From Planctomycetota bacterium (GTDB lineage: Bacteria; Planctomycetota; UBA8108; SXIK01): 64,000 nucleotides of DNA. Under the pieces are notes generated by a model. The model was not told where the DNA came from. It worked only from the letters and a program-made list of their open reading frames with translations, and made no database searches. The stretch covers positions 8,608,001 to 8,672,000 of the forward strand of contig OZ244999.1 of NCBI GenBank assembly GCA_965223265.1, given 5' to 3'. The stretch's first letter is position 1, and each line of letters opens with the position of its first letter. Shown here in pieces: positions 28,497 to 37,454 of the stretch. The position numbers and the translations under genes were made by a program.

Positions 28497-28769
28497 GATC
28501 CTCTCTCGTCCTTGACGACTGCATGCGATAGCCACTCCACCGTGTCCAGTCAGCCGTGTCTCCAAAGAATCACCTATTCGTTTGCATCACGCCACATGGG
28601 CCGGGGGGTTCCGATCACGCCGGCGGAACCGCGAAGACTTCACCAGAGACGCGCAGTGATCGGGGCGATAACCCTCTCGTTTGGATCCCGAATGAGGAAT
28701 CTGGACAGCGGTGTCGAAGTTGATGACGACGGTGAGGGAGCGGCGGTATCACACAATCGAGGAGAGCGG

Positions 28770-29657
28770 ATGACTCAAGAGCAGGAACTGAAACAGGCGC
28801 GTCTCTGCATCGAGAAGCTCACCTGCTGGCAGGGTGACGTCCGTGTCGAGGAGCTCTCCGGCGGGATTACGAACCGCAACTATCTGGTCACGGATGTCGA
28901 CGGCTCGCGTACGGTCGTGCGTCTCTGCAGCGATTTGCCACACTTGGGTATTGATCGGCGTAACGAGGTCAATTGCCAGCGCGCGGCGTGGGAGATTGGT
29001 GTTGCACCACGAGTTCTCCACATCGAGAGCGGCGTCTTGGTGAGCGAATTCGTCGATGGCGCGACGTGCACGGACGATGCGCTGCGCGACACAAAGAACC
29101 TGACGAGTCTGGCCCGCACGCTACGTCGACTGCATGATGCGTGGGACTGCATCAGCGGCGAGATGCTGTACTTCTCGCCTTTTCAGACGGTCCGGACCTA
29201 CGCCTCGGTAGTGCGCGAGCTTGGTGCAGAGGCGGTGCCAGATCTTGACGATTGTCTCGAGGAGTCGCGTCAACTGGCTCACCAGGTGGCACCGTTCCGT
29301 CCGACTCTGTGCCACAACGATTTGCTCGCTGCGAATGTGCTGATCGATGCTGATCGTGCGTCGCTGGTCGACTGGGAGTATGCAGGGATCGGACACCCAC
29401 TCTTCGACCTTGCGGGTGTCAGCGGCAACGTTGGTCTGTCTCCTGAGCTGGAGACTCACCTCTTGCTCGAGTACGGTGTCGCGGACCTCGACTCCGCTCT
29501 ACGTGAGCTGAAGATCCTCCGCGCGGCGTCGCTACTGCGAGAAGCGCTGTGGGCCTGTATTCAAACCGTTAAAGCGGAGATCGATTTCGACTACCGAGGC
29601 TACGCCGTGCGGAACTTTGAGGCGTACCGGCAAGCTCGGGGCGAGCTCGAGCGCTGA
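28770..29657 (+). CDS. Choline/ethanolamine kinase-family phosphotransferase
   Basis: LSGGITNRNY, LGIDRRNE, CHNDLLAAN, DWEYAG; GAGGAG RBS. Confidence 0.88.
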   Translation: MTQEQELKQARLCIEKLTCWQGDVRVEELSGGITNRNYLVTDVDGSRTVVRLCSDLPHLGIDRRNEVNCQRAAWEIGVAPRVLHIESGVLVSEFVDGATCTDDALRDTKNLTSLARTLRRLHDAWDCISGEMLYFSPFQTVRTYASVVRELGAEAVPDLDDCLEESRQLAHQVAPFRPTLCHNDLLAANVLIDADRASLVDWEYAGIGHPLFDLAGVSGNVGLSPELETHLLLEYGVADLDSALRELKILRAASLLREALWACIQTVKAEIDFDYRGYAVRNFEAYRQARGELER

Positions 29658-29734
29658 CGGCTCGCGCACCGAGTTTCCCCGGACGCTCACGCGACGCAGG
29701 CCGCCACGGCGATGCACCACGCGGCGGCGGTCGC

Positions 29735-30916
29735 TCAATCCATGCCGCCGCCCATGAGCGGCTCGTCGAGGGCGCGGATGTTGCTCATCGGCAGGCCGCT
29801 GGGCCAATCGCCGCGCGCCAGCTCGAGAGCTCGCATTGCGATGCCCACATGTTTGTCCTGTGTTTCGCGGTAAAACTCGCGTGCACTCTGGGGCAGTTTC
29901 GGCTCACCGTGAAGTGGTTTGTCGGAGACGCACAGGAGCGTCGCGTGAGGGATGCGATAACGAAAGCCGTTTGCAGCTACGGTCGCCGACTCCATATCGA
30001 TTGCGAGGCTGCGGCTGACGCGCAGGTCCTCGAGTGTCTTCGTGAGACTCAGCTCCCAGTTGCGGTCGCACGTCGTGTACACGGTGCCGAGCCGATAGAC
30101 TAGGCCTTCCGACTCAAGTGCCATCGCCAAGTAGCGATTCAGGATGTCGCTTGGGGCGATTGGCACGCCGATGGGCAGACAGTCGTCGAGCACTCGGTCG
30201 GCCCGCATGTAGCCCGATGCCAATACGAAGTCGCCGATCTGTTGATGATTGCGAATGCCGCCGCAGTGACCAACCATCACCATCGCATCCGGTCTGAGGA
30301 CACCCAGATGGTCCGTGCACGTCTTGGCGTTCGAGGGGCCGACACCAATGTTGACGAGCGTGAAGCCCGTCTGATGCTCTCGCTTGTAATGGTACGCCGG
30401 CATTTGAACCGGTCGTAGTGGTTGCACGCACTCGGGAAAGAGCCGCGTGAAAGCCTCGACATGCATCTGATAGTTGGTGAGGAGGATGTAGCGTTGAAAG
30501 TCTTCCGCACGCGTTCCTGTGTAATGTTCGAGTCGCTCCAGCGACAGATCCATGCGCTCCGGCGCGAAGAGAAAGAGCTTCTTCTGCGTCAGGTCCCAAC
30601 CATCCTGATCGAGACGCTGGAGCAGATTCGTCGAGTTGAGGTCGACACGCGCCCGTGCTGGTTCGACTCTGACTTCAGCGCCGCGCAGCACTAGACGTCG
30701 CAACTCGCGGGTAAGATACCAGCGGTATGCGGATGGCCGTGCGATTTCACCCGAGATGACTGGGTTGTGTTCGGACCAGCTGCGACGAACCGTCAACCTC
30801 GCGTAACAACCGGAGTCGTAAATGGCTGCCATGAGATCGCAAGCTTCGCGGATCAGGCCCGCCAAATCGTCGTCGGTGTATTCAGGTCGGTTGCGAATCT
30901 CGATCAGGTCGTTCAA
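29735..30916 (-). CDS. amn: AMP nucleosidase
   Basis: LERLEHYTGT, FQRYILLTNY, QMPAYH, NIGVGPSNAKT, DMESAT, CVSDKPLHGE. Confidence 0.93.
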   Translation of the reverse strand: MNDLIEIRNRPEYTDDDLAGLIREACDLMAAIYDSGCYARLTVRRSWSEHNPVISGEIARPSAYRWYLTRELRRLVLRGAEVRVEPARARVDLNSTNLLQRLDQDGWDLTQKKLFLFAPERMDLSLERLEHYTGTRAEDFQRYILLTNYQMHVEAFTRLFPECVQPLRPVQMPAYHYKREHQTGFTLVNIGVGPSNAKTCTDHLGVLRPDAMVMVGHCGGIRNHQQIGDFVLASGYMRADRVLDDCLPIGVPIAPSDILNRYLAMALESEGLVYRLGTVYTTCDRNWELSLTKTLEDLRVSRSLAIDMESATVAANGFRYRIPHATLLCVSDKPLHGEPKLPQSAREFYRETQDKHVGIAMRALELARGDWPSGLPMSNIRALDEPLMGGGMD

Positions 30917-31059
30917 TGATCAATTCCCTTGCCAAGCCTTCGCGACAAACGTCGTGAGCCTCTGCGGTTCGCGCACTCCCTCTCTATCATATTGTCGGCG
31001 CCGCCAGAGCGCTCGGTGCACGTTTCACCGTCGGTCGGCATGCGGCTCTGGCGCTGCAA

Positions 31060-33855
31060 GTGAGGATCCAGCCGTGCGTGCCGGTAACGCCACCGCGGCG
31101 TGTTGTCGCATCGCAAGCCATCGACGGTTTTCTCGCCTATTCGTTCCGGTTATACTCGATTTCGCATTCTTGGAACGACGACAGCACTTCTTCGACGGAA
31201 CGTCACTGTCCCATGCGGCGTCTCAACGATTCTTTTCCGGGCCTGATACCGAGAATGTTTCCTTGCAGCGCATCGCTGCGGCGTTCACCAATAGGCCATC
31301 CTTCGAGGCTGGTCGCTTGGGTCGCCTCGCTGATGTGGCTCGCTGCCCTGGGCGGCGAGGCTGCGGCACAAGATGACGTCGATCAAGGCGCAACAAGCGA
31401 CGGCCGGTCGAAGCCAGCGGTCGGTGCGGTCGCCCCTTCAGGTGATGAGACGTTCTTTGCTGATGAAGTCGCACCGCTTCTGAAGAAGAACTGCCTCAAA
31501 TGCCATGGCGAGTCCAAACGGGTCAAGGGTGGGCTCCGGCTCACGAGCCGTGACGACGTCCTCGCCGGCGGCGACTCTGGACCCGCAGTGGATCTCCAAC
31601 GTCCGAGCGCGAGCCTCTTGCTCCGGGCGGTGAGCTACGAAGACGACAATCTGCAGATGCCCCCGAAGCGGCGGCTGGCGCCTGAGGAAGTGGCGGTTCT
31701 CGTGCGGTGGGTCGAGGGCGGTGTGGCGTGGACTGCTACCGCATCGGGGGACACCGCGCGCAGCGAGTCAGATGAAGCCCACGCTGCACTGCTTCGTGGT
31801 GGCGATCACTGGGCGTTTCAGCCGGTCGTCCAACCCGCGGTGCCGGAGGTTAAGGACGATGCGTGGATACGCCATCCGATCGACGCGTTCATTTTGCGGC
31901 GGCTTGAGGATGCTGCGCTCAAGCCCGCGGCACCGGCGGCGAAGTCGCAGCTCCTGCGCCGCGTCTATTTCGATTTGATCGGACTGCCTCCAACGCCAAC
32001 CCAGGTCCGCGCGTTTCTCGCCGACGAAGCGAGCGACGCGTTCGAGCGGGTCGTGGACGACCTTCTCGACTCGCCGCATTACGGCGAGCGTTGGGCCCGC
32101 CACTGGCTTGACGTCGTGCGTTTCGCCGAGACAAACAGCTTCGAGCGTGACGGCGCCAAACCTTTCGCGTGGCGTTACCGTGACTACGTGATCGAGTCGC
32201 TCAACGCGGACAAGCCGTACGATCAGTTCGTCCGAGAACAACTCGCCGGCGACGAGCTCGACGACGTGACGCCGGAGACGATCATCGCCACCGGCTTCTA
32301 TCGACTCGGCCCGTGGGACGATGAGCCGACCGACGAGGAACAAGCGATCTACGACGAGCTCGACGACATCGTCTCGACGACCGGGCAGGCGTTTCTCGGT
32401 CTGACCGTGAACTGCGCTCGTTGCCACGATCACAAGCTCGATCCCATTCCACAGTCGGACTACTACCGACTGCTCGCGTTCTTTCGCGGCGTCTCTCCGA
32501 CGAAGCGGCGTGATGGTGACTCTCTACTGACGATCATCGCACCAGCGGCCGAGCGCGCCTCCTATGAGCGTGCTAACGCCGAGCTGGAGTCACGCAGGAA
32601 GGCGGCGCGCGACCGATTCGAGGTCTTTCGCGAGGGTATGGTCGCTCTTCTGAGCGACGCAGAGCGCACCGCCATCGCGGCGGACCCCGGCAAGCGGGGT
32701 GAGATCCTGAAACAGCGGTTGCCCGAGCTGCTCACGACGTCTGGGCAGGAGAAGTACGAAGCCCTGCGCGAACACTACGAGAAGGTGCGGCGCGAGAAGC
32801 CGCCCGCGATTGACAGGGCGCTCAGCGTGAAAGAAACCGGCCCGCAGCCACCATCGACGCACATTCTGATTCGCGGCAGTGCTCACATCCCCGGCGACGA
32901 AGTGGCACCCGGATTTCCGGTCGCGCTCAAGGCGCCGCGCGCAGCGATTCCAGAGGTCGCCGCCGATGCCAAGACGAGCGGCCGGCGACGCGTCCTCGCC
33001 GAGTGGATCGCCAGCGCCGACAATCCCATGACGGCACGCGTGATCGTGAACCGCATCTGGCAGCATCATTTCGGTCGTGGCATCGTGCGCTCGCCCAACA
33101 ACTTTGGTCGCAACGGTGTTCCGCCGACGCATCCGAAGCTTCTCGACTGGCTCGCAGCTGACTTCGTCAGGCATGGCTGGCGGATCAAGCGCCTGCATCG
33201 CCTGATCGTCACCTCGAGTGCCTATCGCATGTCCTCTGGCGCCAACGCCAAGGCGTTGGCTGAGGACCCGGAGAACCAACTCTTCTGGCGTATGAACATG
33301 CGTAGGCTCTCCGCCGAGGAGGTGCGCGACGCGCTTCTCTACGTCAATGGAACGCTCAACCTCAAGGTCGGCGGACCGAGCGTGTTTCCGAAGATTCCAG
33401 CTGCGATCCTGCAGGGACAGTCGCGGCCTGGAAACGGGTGGACGTTTTCCTCGGAGGACGAACAGCGGCGGCGGAGCGTCTACGTTCACATCAAACGTTC
33501 TTTGATCCTGCCAATCTTCGAAACCTTCGACTATGCGGACACTGATGCGAGTTGCCCGGTGCGATTTGCGACGACGCAGCCTACGCAGGCGCTTACGATG
33601 CTGAATAGCGAGTTCATGCAGGAGCAAGCTGCGTCGTTTGCAGCCCGGCTCGGACGCGAAGCAGGTGATGAGCGGCGCGCGCAGGTGGATCTCGCTTTGA
33701 ATCTGGCTCTGTCGCGTCGACCGACCGACGTTGAAATCAGGCGCGGCCTCGATCTCATCGTTGACCTCGGCGCAAATGGTGTCGAGCCGTCGGACGCACT
33801 TCGCCTTTTCTGTCTGACTGTGTTGAATCTCAACGAGTTCCTCTATCTGGACTGA
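31060..33855 (+). CDS. PSD1 and planctomycete cytochrome c domain protein (PSCyt1/DUF1549/DUF1553); true start probably further downstream
   Basis: CLKCHG, HWAFQP, YGERWARHWLD, CARCHDHK, NPMTARVIVNRIWQHHFGRG, LNLNEFLYLD. Confidence 0.93.
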   Translation: MRIQPCVPVTPPRRVVASQAIDGFLAYSFRLYSISHSWNDDSTSSTERHCPMRRLNDSFPGLIPRMFPCSASLRRSPIGHPSRLVAWVASLMWLAALGGEAAAQDDVDQGATSDGRSKPAVGAVAPSGDETFFADEVAPLLKKNCLKCHGESKRVKGGLRLTSRDDVLAGGDSGPAVDLQRPSASLLLRAVSYEDDNLQMPPKRRLAPEEVAVLVRWVEGGVAWTATASGDTARSESDEAHAALLRGGDHWAFQPVVQPAVPEVKDDAWIRHPIDAFILRRLEDAALKPAAPAAKSQLLRRVYFDLIGLPPTPTQVRAFLADEASDAFERVVDDLLDSPHYGERWARHWLDVVRFAETNSFERDGAKPFAWRYRDYVIESLNADKPYDQFVREQLAGDELDDVTPETIIATGFYRLGPWDDEPTDEEQAIYDELDDIVSTTGQAFLGLTVNCARCHDHKLDPIPQSDYYRLLAFFRGVSPTKRRDGDSLLTIIAPAAERASYERANAELESRRKAARDRFEVFREGMVALLSDAERTAIAADPGKRGEILKQRLPELLTTSGQEKYEALREHYEKVRREKPPAIDRALSVKETGPQPPSTHILIRGSAHIPGDEVAPGFPVALKAPRAAIPEVAADAKTSGRRRVLAEWIASADNPMTARVIVNRIWQHHFGRGIVRSPNNFGRNGVPPTHPKLLDWLAADFVRHGWRIKRLHRLIVTSSAYRMSSGANAKALAEDPENQLFWRMNMRRLSAEEVRDALLYVNGTLNLKVGGPSVFPKIPAAILQGQSRPGNGWTFSSEDEQRRRSVYVHIKRSLILPIFETFDYADTDASCPVRFATTQPTQALTMLNSEFMQEQAASFAARLGREAGDERRAQVDLALNLALSRRPTDVEIRRGLDLIVDLGANGVEPSDALRLFCLTVLNLNEFLYLD

Positions 33856-33891
33856 GCCGGATCTGGGAGTGAGACCCTGTAGGACGCTGAT

Positions 33892-35358
33892 ATGAAGACG
33901 AACCGAAAGAACTCCTTCTGCGGCCAAACACGCCGTGAGTTTTTCTGGCAATCTGGCGCCGGCTTCACCGGCCTGGCGCTCAGCGGCCTGCTGAGCACCG
34001 ACGGATTTTTGGCGGCGCAAACAGTCGCGGCTGATGGCAAGACCCCGTACGCGAATCCGCTCGCACCCAAGGAGTCGCACTTCACGCCGAAGGCGAAGAG
34101 TGTCATCTTTCTCTTCATGTACGGCGGCCCCAGCCATGTCGATACGTTCGACTACAAGCCCGAGCTCTACAAACTCGACGGCAAGACGATCGCGGTCAAG
34201 ACGAAGGGTCGCGCAGGATCGCGAAACCAAGGCCGCATCGTCGGCCCAAAGTGGAGCTTTCAGCGTTACGGACAATCGGGACAGTGGGTGTCGGAACTGT
34301 TCCCACATATAGCGACCTGCGTCGATGACATCTCGTTCCTCAAGTCGATGACAGCCGACTCACCGATCCACGGCTCGGCGATGCTGCAGATGAATTCCGG
34401 CCGCATTCTAAGCGGCAGTCCGGCCCTCGGCTCTTGGGTCAACTACGGACTGGGAAGCGAGAACGAGAATCTACCTGGCTTCGTCGTCATGCTTGATCCC
34501 AGCGGCGGACCGATCAGCGGCGCTAAGAACTGGAGCAGCGGCTACATGCCGGCGACCTATCAAGGCACGATTCTGCGCTCCGAGGGCGCACCGATCATTG
34601 ACCTTGAGAATCCTAAAGGCGTCAGCCGCGCCACGCAGCGGCGACTGTTGGACGCGCTCAAGGCGTACAACAACGACCACCTTGCCGCCCGAGTCGACAA
34701 CAGCAACCTGGCGGCACGCATCGCCAGCTACGAGCTTGCCTTCAAGATGCAGGCAGCGGCTCCGGAAGCGACGGATCTGAACCAGGAGGACGAGGAGACC
34801 CAAGAGCTCTACGGTCTCCATCAGGAACGCACACGCAACTTCGGCCGTCGATGTCTCATGGCGCGCCGGCTCGTCGAGCGCGGAGTGCGATTCGTGCAGA
34901 TCTACTCCGGTGGCAACCACAGCGACTACAACTGGGACGCGCACGGCGATCTAGTGAAGAACCACAATTTCCACGCCGGGAACACAGATCTGCCGATCGC
35001 TGGACTGCTGAAGGATCTCAAGCGTCGGGGCCTGCTCGACGAAACGCTCGTCGTTTGGGGCGGTGAGTTCGGCCGCCAACCGACTGCCGAGTATGCCAAG
35101 GGAACGGGCCGAGACCATAACTCGTACGGCTTCACGATGTGGGTTGCCGGAGGCGGCCTCAAAGGCGGCATCAGCGTCGGCGAGACGGACGAGCTTGGCA
35201 GCGCCGCCGTGCGCGATCGACTGCATGTGAAGAACCTTCACGCCACGATCCTGACCCAGCTCGGCCTCAATCCCGAAGCTCTGACGTATTTCTACGGCGG
35301 GCTCGACCAAAAGCTCGTCGGCGTCGAAGGTGCCGAGCCGATTCACCAGATCATGTGA
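33892..35358 (+). CDS. DUF1501 domain protein (Tat signal)
   Basis: TRREFF, AKSVIFLFMYGGPSHVDTFDYKP, LVERGVRFVQ, GGEFGR, GRDH. Confidence 0.95.
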   Translation: MKTNRKNSFCGQTRREFFWQSGAGFTGLALSGLLSTDGFLAAQTVAADGKTPYANPLAPKESHFTPKAKSVIFLFMYGGPSHVDTFDYKPELYKLDGKTIAVKTKGRAGSRNQGRIVGPKWSFQRYGQSGQWVSELFPHIATCVDDISFLKSMTADSPIHGSAMLQMNSGRILSGSPALGSWVNYGLGSENENLPGFVVMLDPSGGPISGAKNWSSGYMPATYQGTILRSEGAPIIDLENPKGVSRATQRRLLDALKAYNNDHLAARVDNSNLAARIASYELAFKMQAAAPEATDLNQEDEETQELYGLHQERTRNFGRRCLMARRLVERGVRFVQIYSGGNHSDYNWDAHGDLVKNHNFHAGNTDLPIAGLLKDLKRRGLLDETLVVWGGEFGRQPTAEYAKGTGRDHNSYGFTMWVAGGGLKGGISVGETDELGSAAVRDRLHVKNLHATILTQLGLNPEALTYFYGGLDQKLVGVEGAEPIHQIM

Positions 35359-35367
35359 CGAAGTGGC

Positions 35368-37239
35368 TCAGCAAGAACGCCCGCCTTCGCTCTGAGGCTC
35401 CGTCGCCAAACGCCTTCCGGGGAGCGGTGGCAAGGATTCTTCGAGCACTCCTTTGGCGCGCGGCCAGAGGAGGAACGCTTCGATGAGCATCCACGCCTCG
35501 AGGATTAGCGTCAGGATGGCGACCGAGATCAGCACGTAGTTTCGCGGCTCTTTGTCGAGCCAGCCGCCGAGCTGGTAGATCATGGCCCATGCTGGCAGGA
35601 ACAGCATGAAGATCATCGGCAGTGCGGTGAACCACATCGGCAACCGACGACGCCAAAGCCAGAAAGTGATGACGAGGAACGAAAGTCCGCCGAGCAGCTG
35701 ATTCGTGGCGCCGAACATGGGCCACAGGATCAGCCCGCCCTTGCCGGCGTTCTCCAGCGACCACGCCGAACCAGGCACGGGCATCGCGGCCATGGTCCCT
35801 GCGACAACGACGGCGAAGATCGTGGCGCCGTGCTTGTTCGCCAGGCCGTTGAAAGGTGGGATGACGTGCCCGGAAACTTTGAACGTGCTGGCGATCTCTT
35901 GAATGACGTAGCGCTGCAGTCGGCAGGCCGTATCGAGCGTCGTGCCGGCGAACGAGGCGACGAGGACGCCCATGAGTGCGACCGCTACACCGCCGGGGAT
36001 TCCCGCAGCTTTGAGAAAATTCGCTGCGCCGTCGACGAATGCACCGATCTTGGCAGGTAGTCCCTGGGCCGCCCCCCAGGATGCGTATCGGTCGAGCCAC
36101 GCCTCTTGACCGACCAAGAACTCGCCGCCTTTCTCGATGCCGAGGCCGAGGCCGGCGCAACAGGCGAGAATCACGAGCGTAGCGAGAAAGCCTTCAGTGA
36201 GCATTGAGCCGTAGCCGACGACCTGCGCGTCGCTCTCGCATTTGAGCTGCTTACTCGTGGTACCGCTCGAAACCAGGCAATGAAAACCGCTGATGGCGCC
36301 GCAGGCGATGAAGATGAAGAGAAACGGAAAGATCATCGGCGCACCTTCTGGCCGCCACTGCACCACCGGAGCGACCAGCTCAAGCGATTGGCGCGCACCG
36401 CCGTCGCTGAGTGGTGCACCGCCAAGAAAGGCAGCGGCAGCCAGGCCGCCGACGACGAGTGCCAATGCTGTCAAGAGCTGAAGGCTGTTGATGAAATCGC
36501 GCGGCTGCAGCAGCGTCCACACCGGCAGCACCGAGGCAACGTAGGAGTAAATGAGAAGGGCGACCACCCAGGTAAAGGTACCCCAACCGGCCAGTGCGGC
36601 GTTGATATCTCCGAGGATGCCAACGTCGCCGTAGACGACACTTAGGTACATGAGGCCGAGCGCGACCAGCGACGGGATCGCAAGCGCTACACCCTTTCGG
36701 TGCAGCCACACGCCGATGGCTATGGCGAGTGGGATCTGCACGAGACAAGGGAAGATGCTTGCAGGATAGAGTTTGAACACCGCCGCAATCACAAGCCCGA
36801 AAATGGCGAGCACGATCGTCAGCGCCAGAAAGAGGATGAACAGAAATAAGAGCCGTACGCGTGGGTTCAGGACGCGTCCGGCGATGTCGCCGACCGTCTG
36901 GCCTCGATTGCGTAGACTGACGACCAGAGCGCCGAAATCATGCACAGCACCGATGAAGATCGAGCCGAGGAGGACCCAGAGGAGTGCCGGCAACCAGCCC
37001 CACATGACGGCCAGGGCCGGTCCGACGATCGGACCCGTCCCGGCGATGGATGTAAAGTGATGCCCGAACACGACGCTCTTCGCCGTCGGCACATAGTCGC
37101 GGTCGTCATTGAGCTCGACGCTCGGCACCGGTGCGTCCGGATCGAGCCGAAAGATCTTCCGCGCGAGCCAGCGGCCGTAGGTGTGATAGGCGACGAGGTA
37201 GAGAACAAACGCGCCGAGCGCGATCAGCAAGGTCGACAT
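35368..37239 (-). CDS. cstA: Carbon starvation CstA-family peptide/pyruvate transporter
   Basis: FGHHFTSIAGTGPIVGP, GAVHDFG, LLQPRD, IACGAISGFH, TTLDTACRL, WPMFGATNQLL; AGGAG RBS before ATG 37239. Confidence 0.92.
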   Translation of the reverse strand: MSTLLIALGAFVLYLVAYHTYGRWLARKIFRLDPDAPVPSVELNDDRDYVPTAKSVVFGHHFTSIAGTGPIVGPALAVMWGWLPALLWVLLGSIFIGAVHDFGALVVSLRNRGQTVGDIAGRVLNPRVRLLFLFILFLALTIVLAIFGLVIAAVFKLYPASIFPCLVQIPLAIAIGVWLHRKGVALAIPSLVALGLMYLSVVYGDVGILGDINAALAGWGTFTWVVALLIYSYVASVLPVWTLLQPRDFINSLQLLTALALVVGGLAAAAFLGGAPLSDGGARQSLELVAPVVQWRPEGAPMIFPFLFIFIACGAISGFHCLVSSGTTSKQLKCESDAQVVGYGSMLTEGFLATLVILACCAGLGLGIEKGGEFLVGQEAWLDRYASWGAAQGLPAKIGAFVDGAANFLKAAGIPGGVAVALMGVLVASFAGTTLDTACRLQRYVIQEIASTFKVSGHVIPPFNGLANKHGATIFAVVVAGTMAAMPVPGSAWSLENAGKGGLILWPMFGATNQLLGGLSFLVITFWLWRRRLPMWFTALPMIFMLFLPAWAMIYQLGGWLDKEPRNYVLISVAILTLILEAWMLIEAFLLWPRAKGVLEESLPPLPGRRLATEPQSEGGRSC

Positions 37240-37244
37240 GAAGG

Positions 37245-37314
37245 GTTCTCCTGGAACGAGGCAGAGCCCGTATCCTAACAAACGAGGCAGGCGCAGCCTA
37301 CGTTCCAGGAGAAC
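37245..37314 (-). promoter_or_regulatory. RBS-sequestering hairpin in the cstA leader
   Basis: Perfect 14-bp inverted repeat GTTCTCCTGGAACG / CGTTCCAGGAGAAC; one arm contains the SD. Confidence 0.6.
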
Positions 37315-37454
37315 AGACGGACCATTCGGTCAGAAGGGCCGGGCGCGGGCCGGCGGGAGTCGCCCATGAACTGCAGGTTCGGCTTCTTCGAAACGAACTG
37401 CCGTGTGACGCTCAGAGCCGCCAATGTGAACCGTGCGGCGACGTTTCCAGCGGC

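Noticed and set aside
25144-30916. MBL nuclease + nucleosidase + kinase as a possible anti-phage system
   Set aside because: Each is a canonical housekeeping-type protein, orientations are mixed and there is no defence-island context
32590-34308. 572-aa minus-strand ORF and many similar long antisense ORFs (e.g. 4860..5732, 47823..49070)
   Set aside because: Shadow ORFs overlapping well-supported genes, as expected in GC-rich DNA; no motifs
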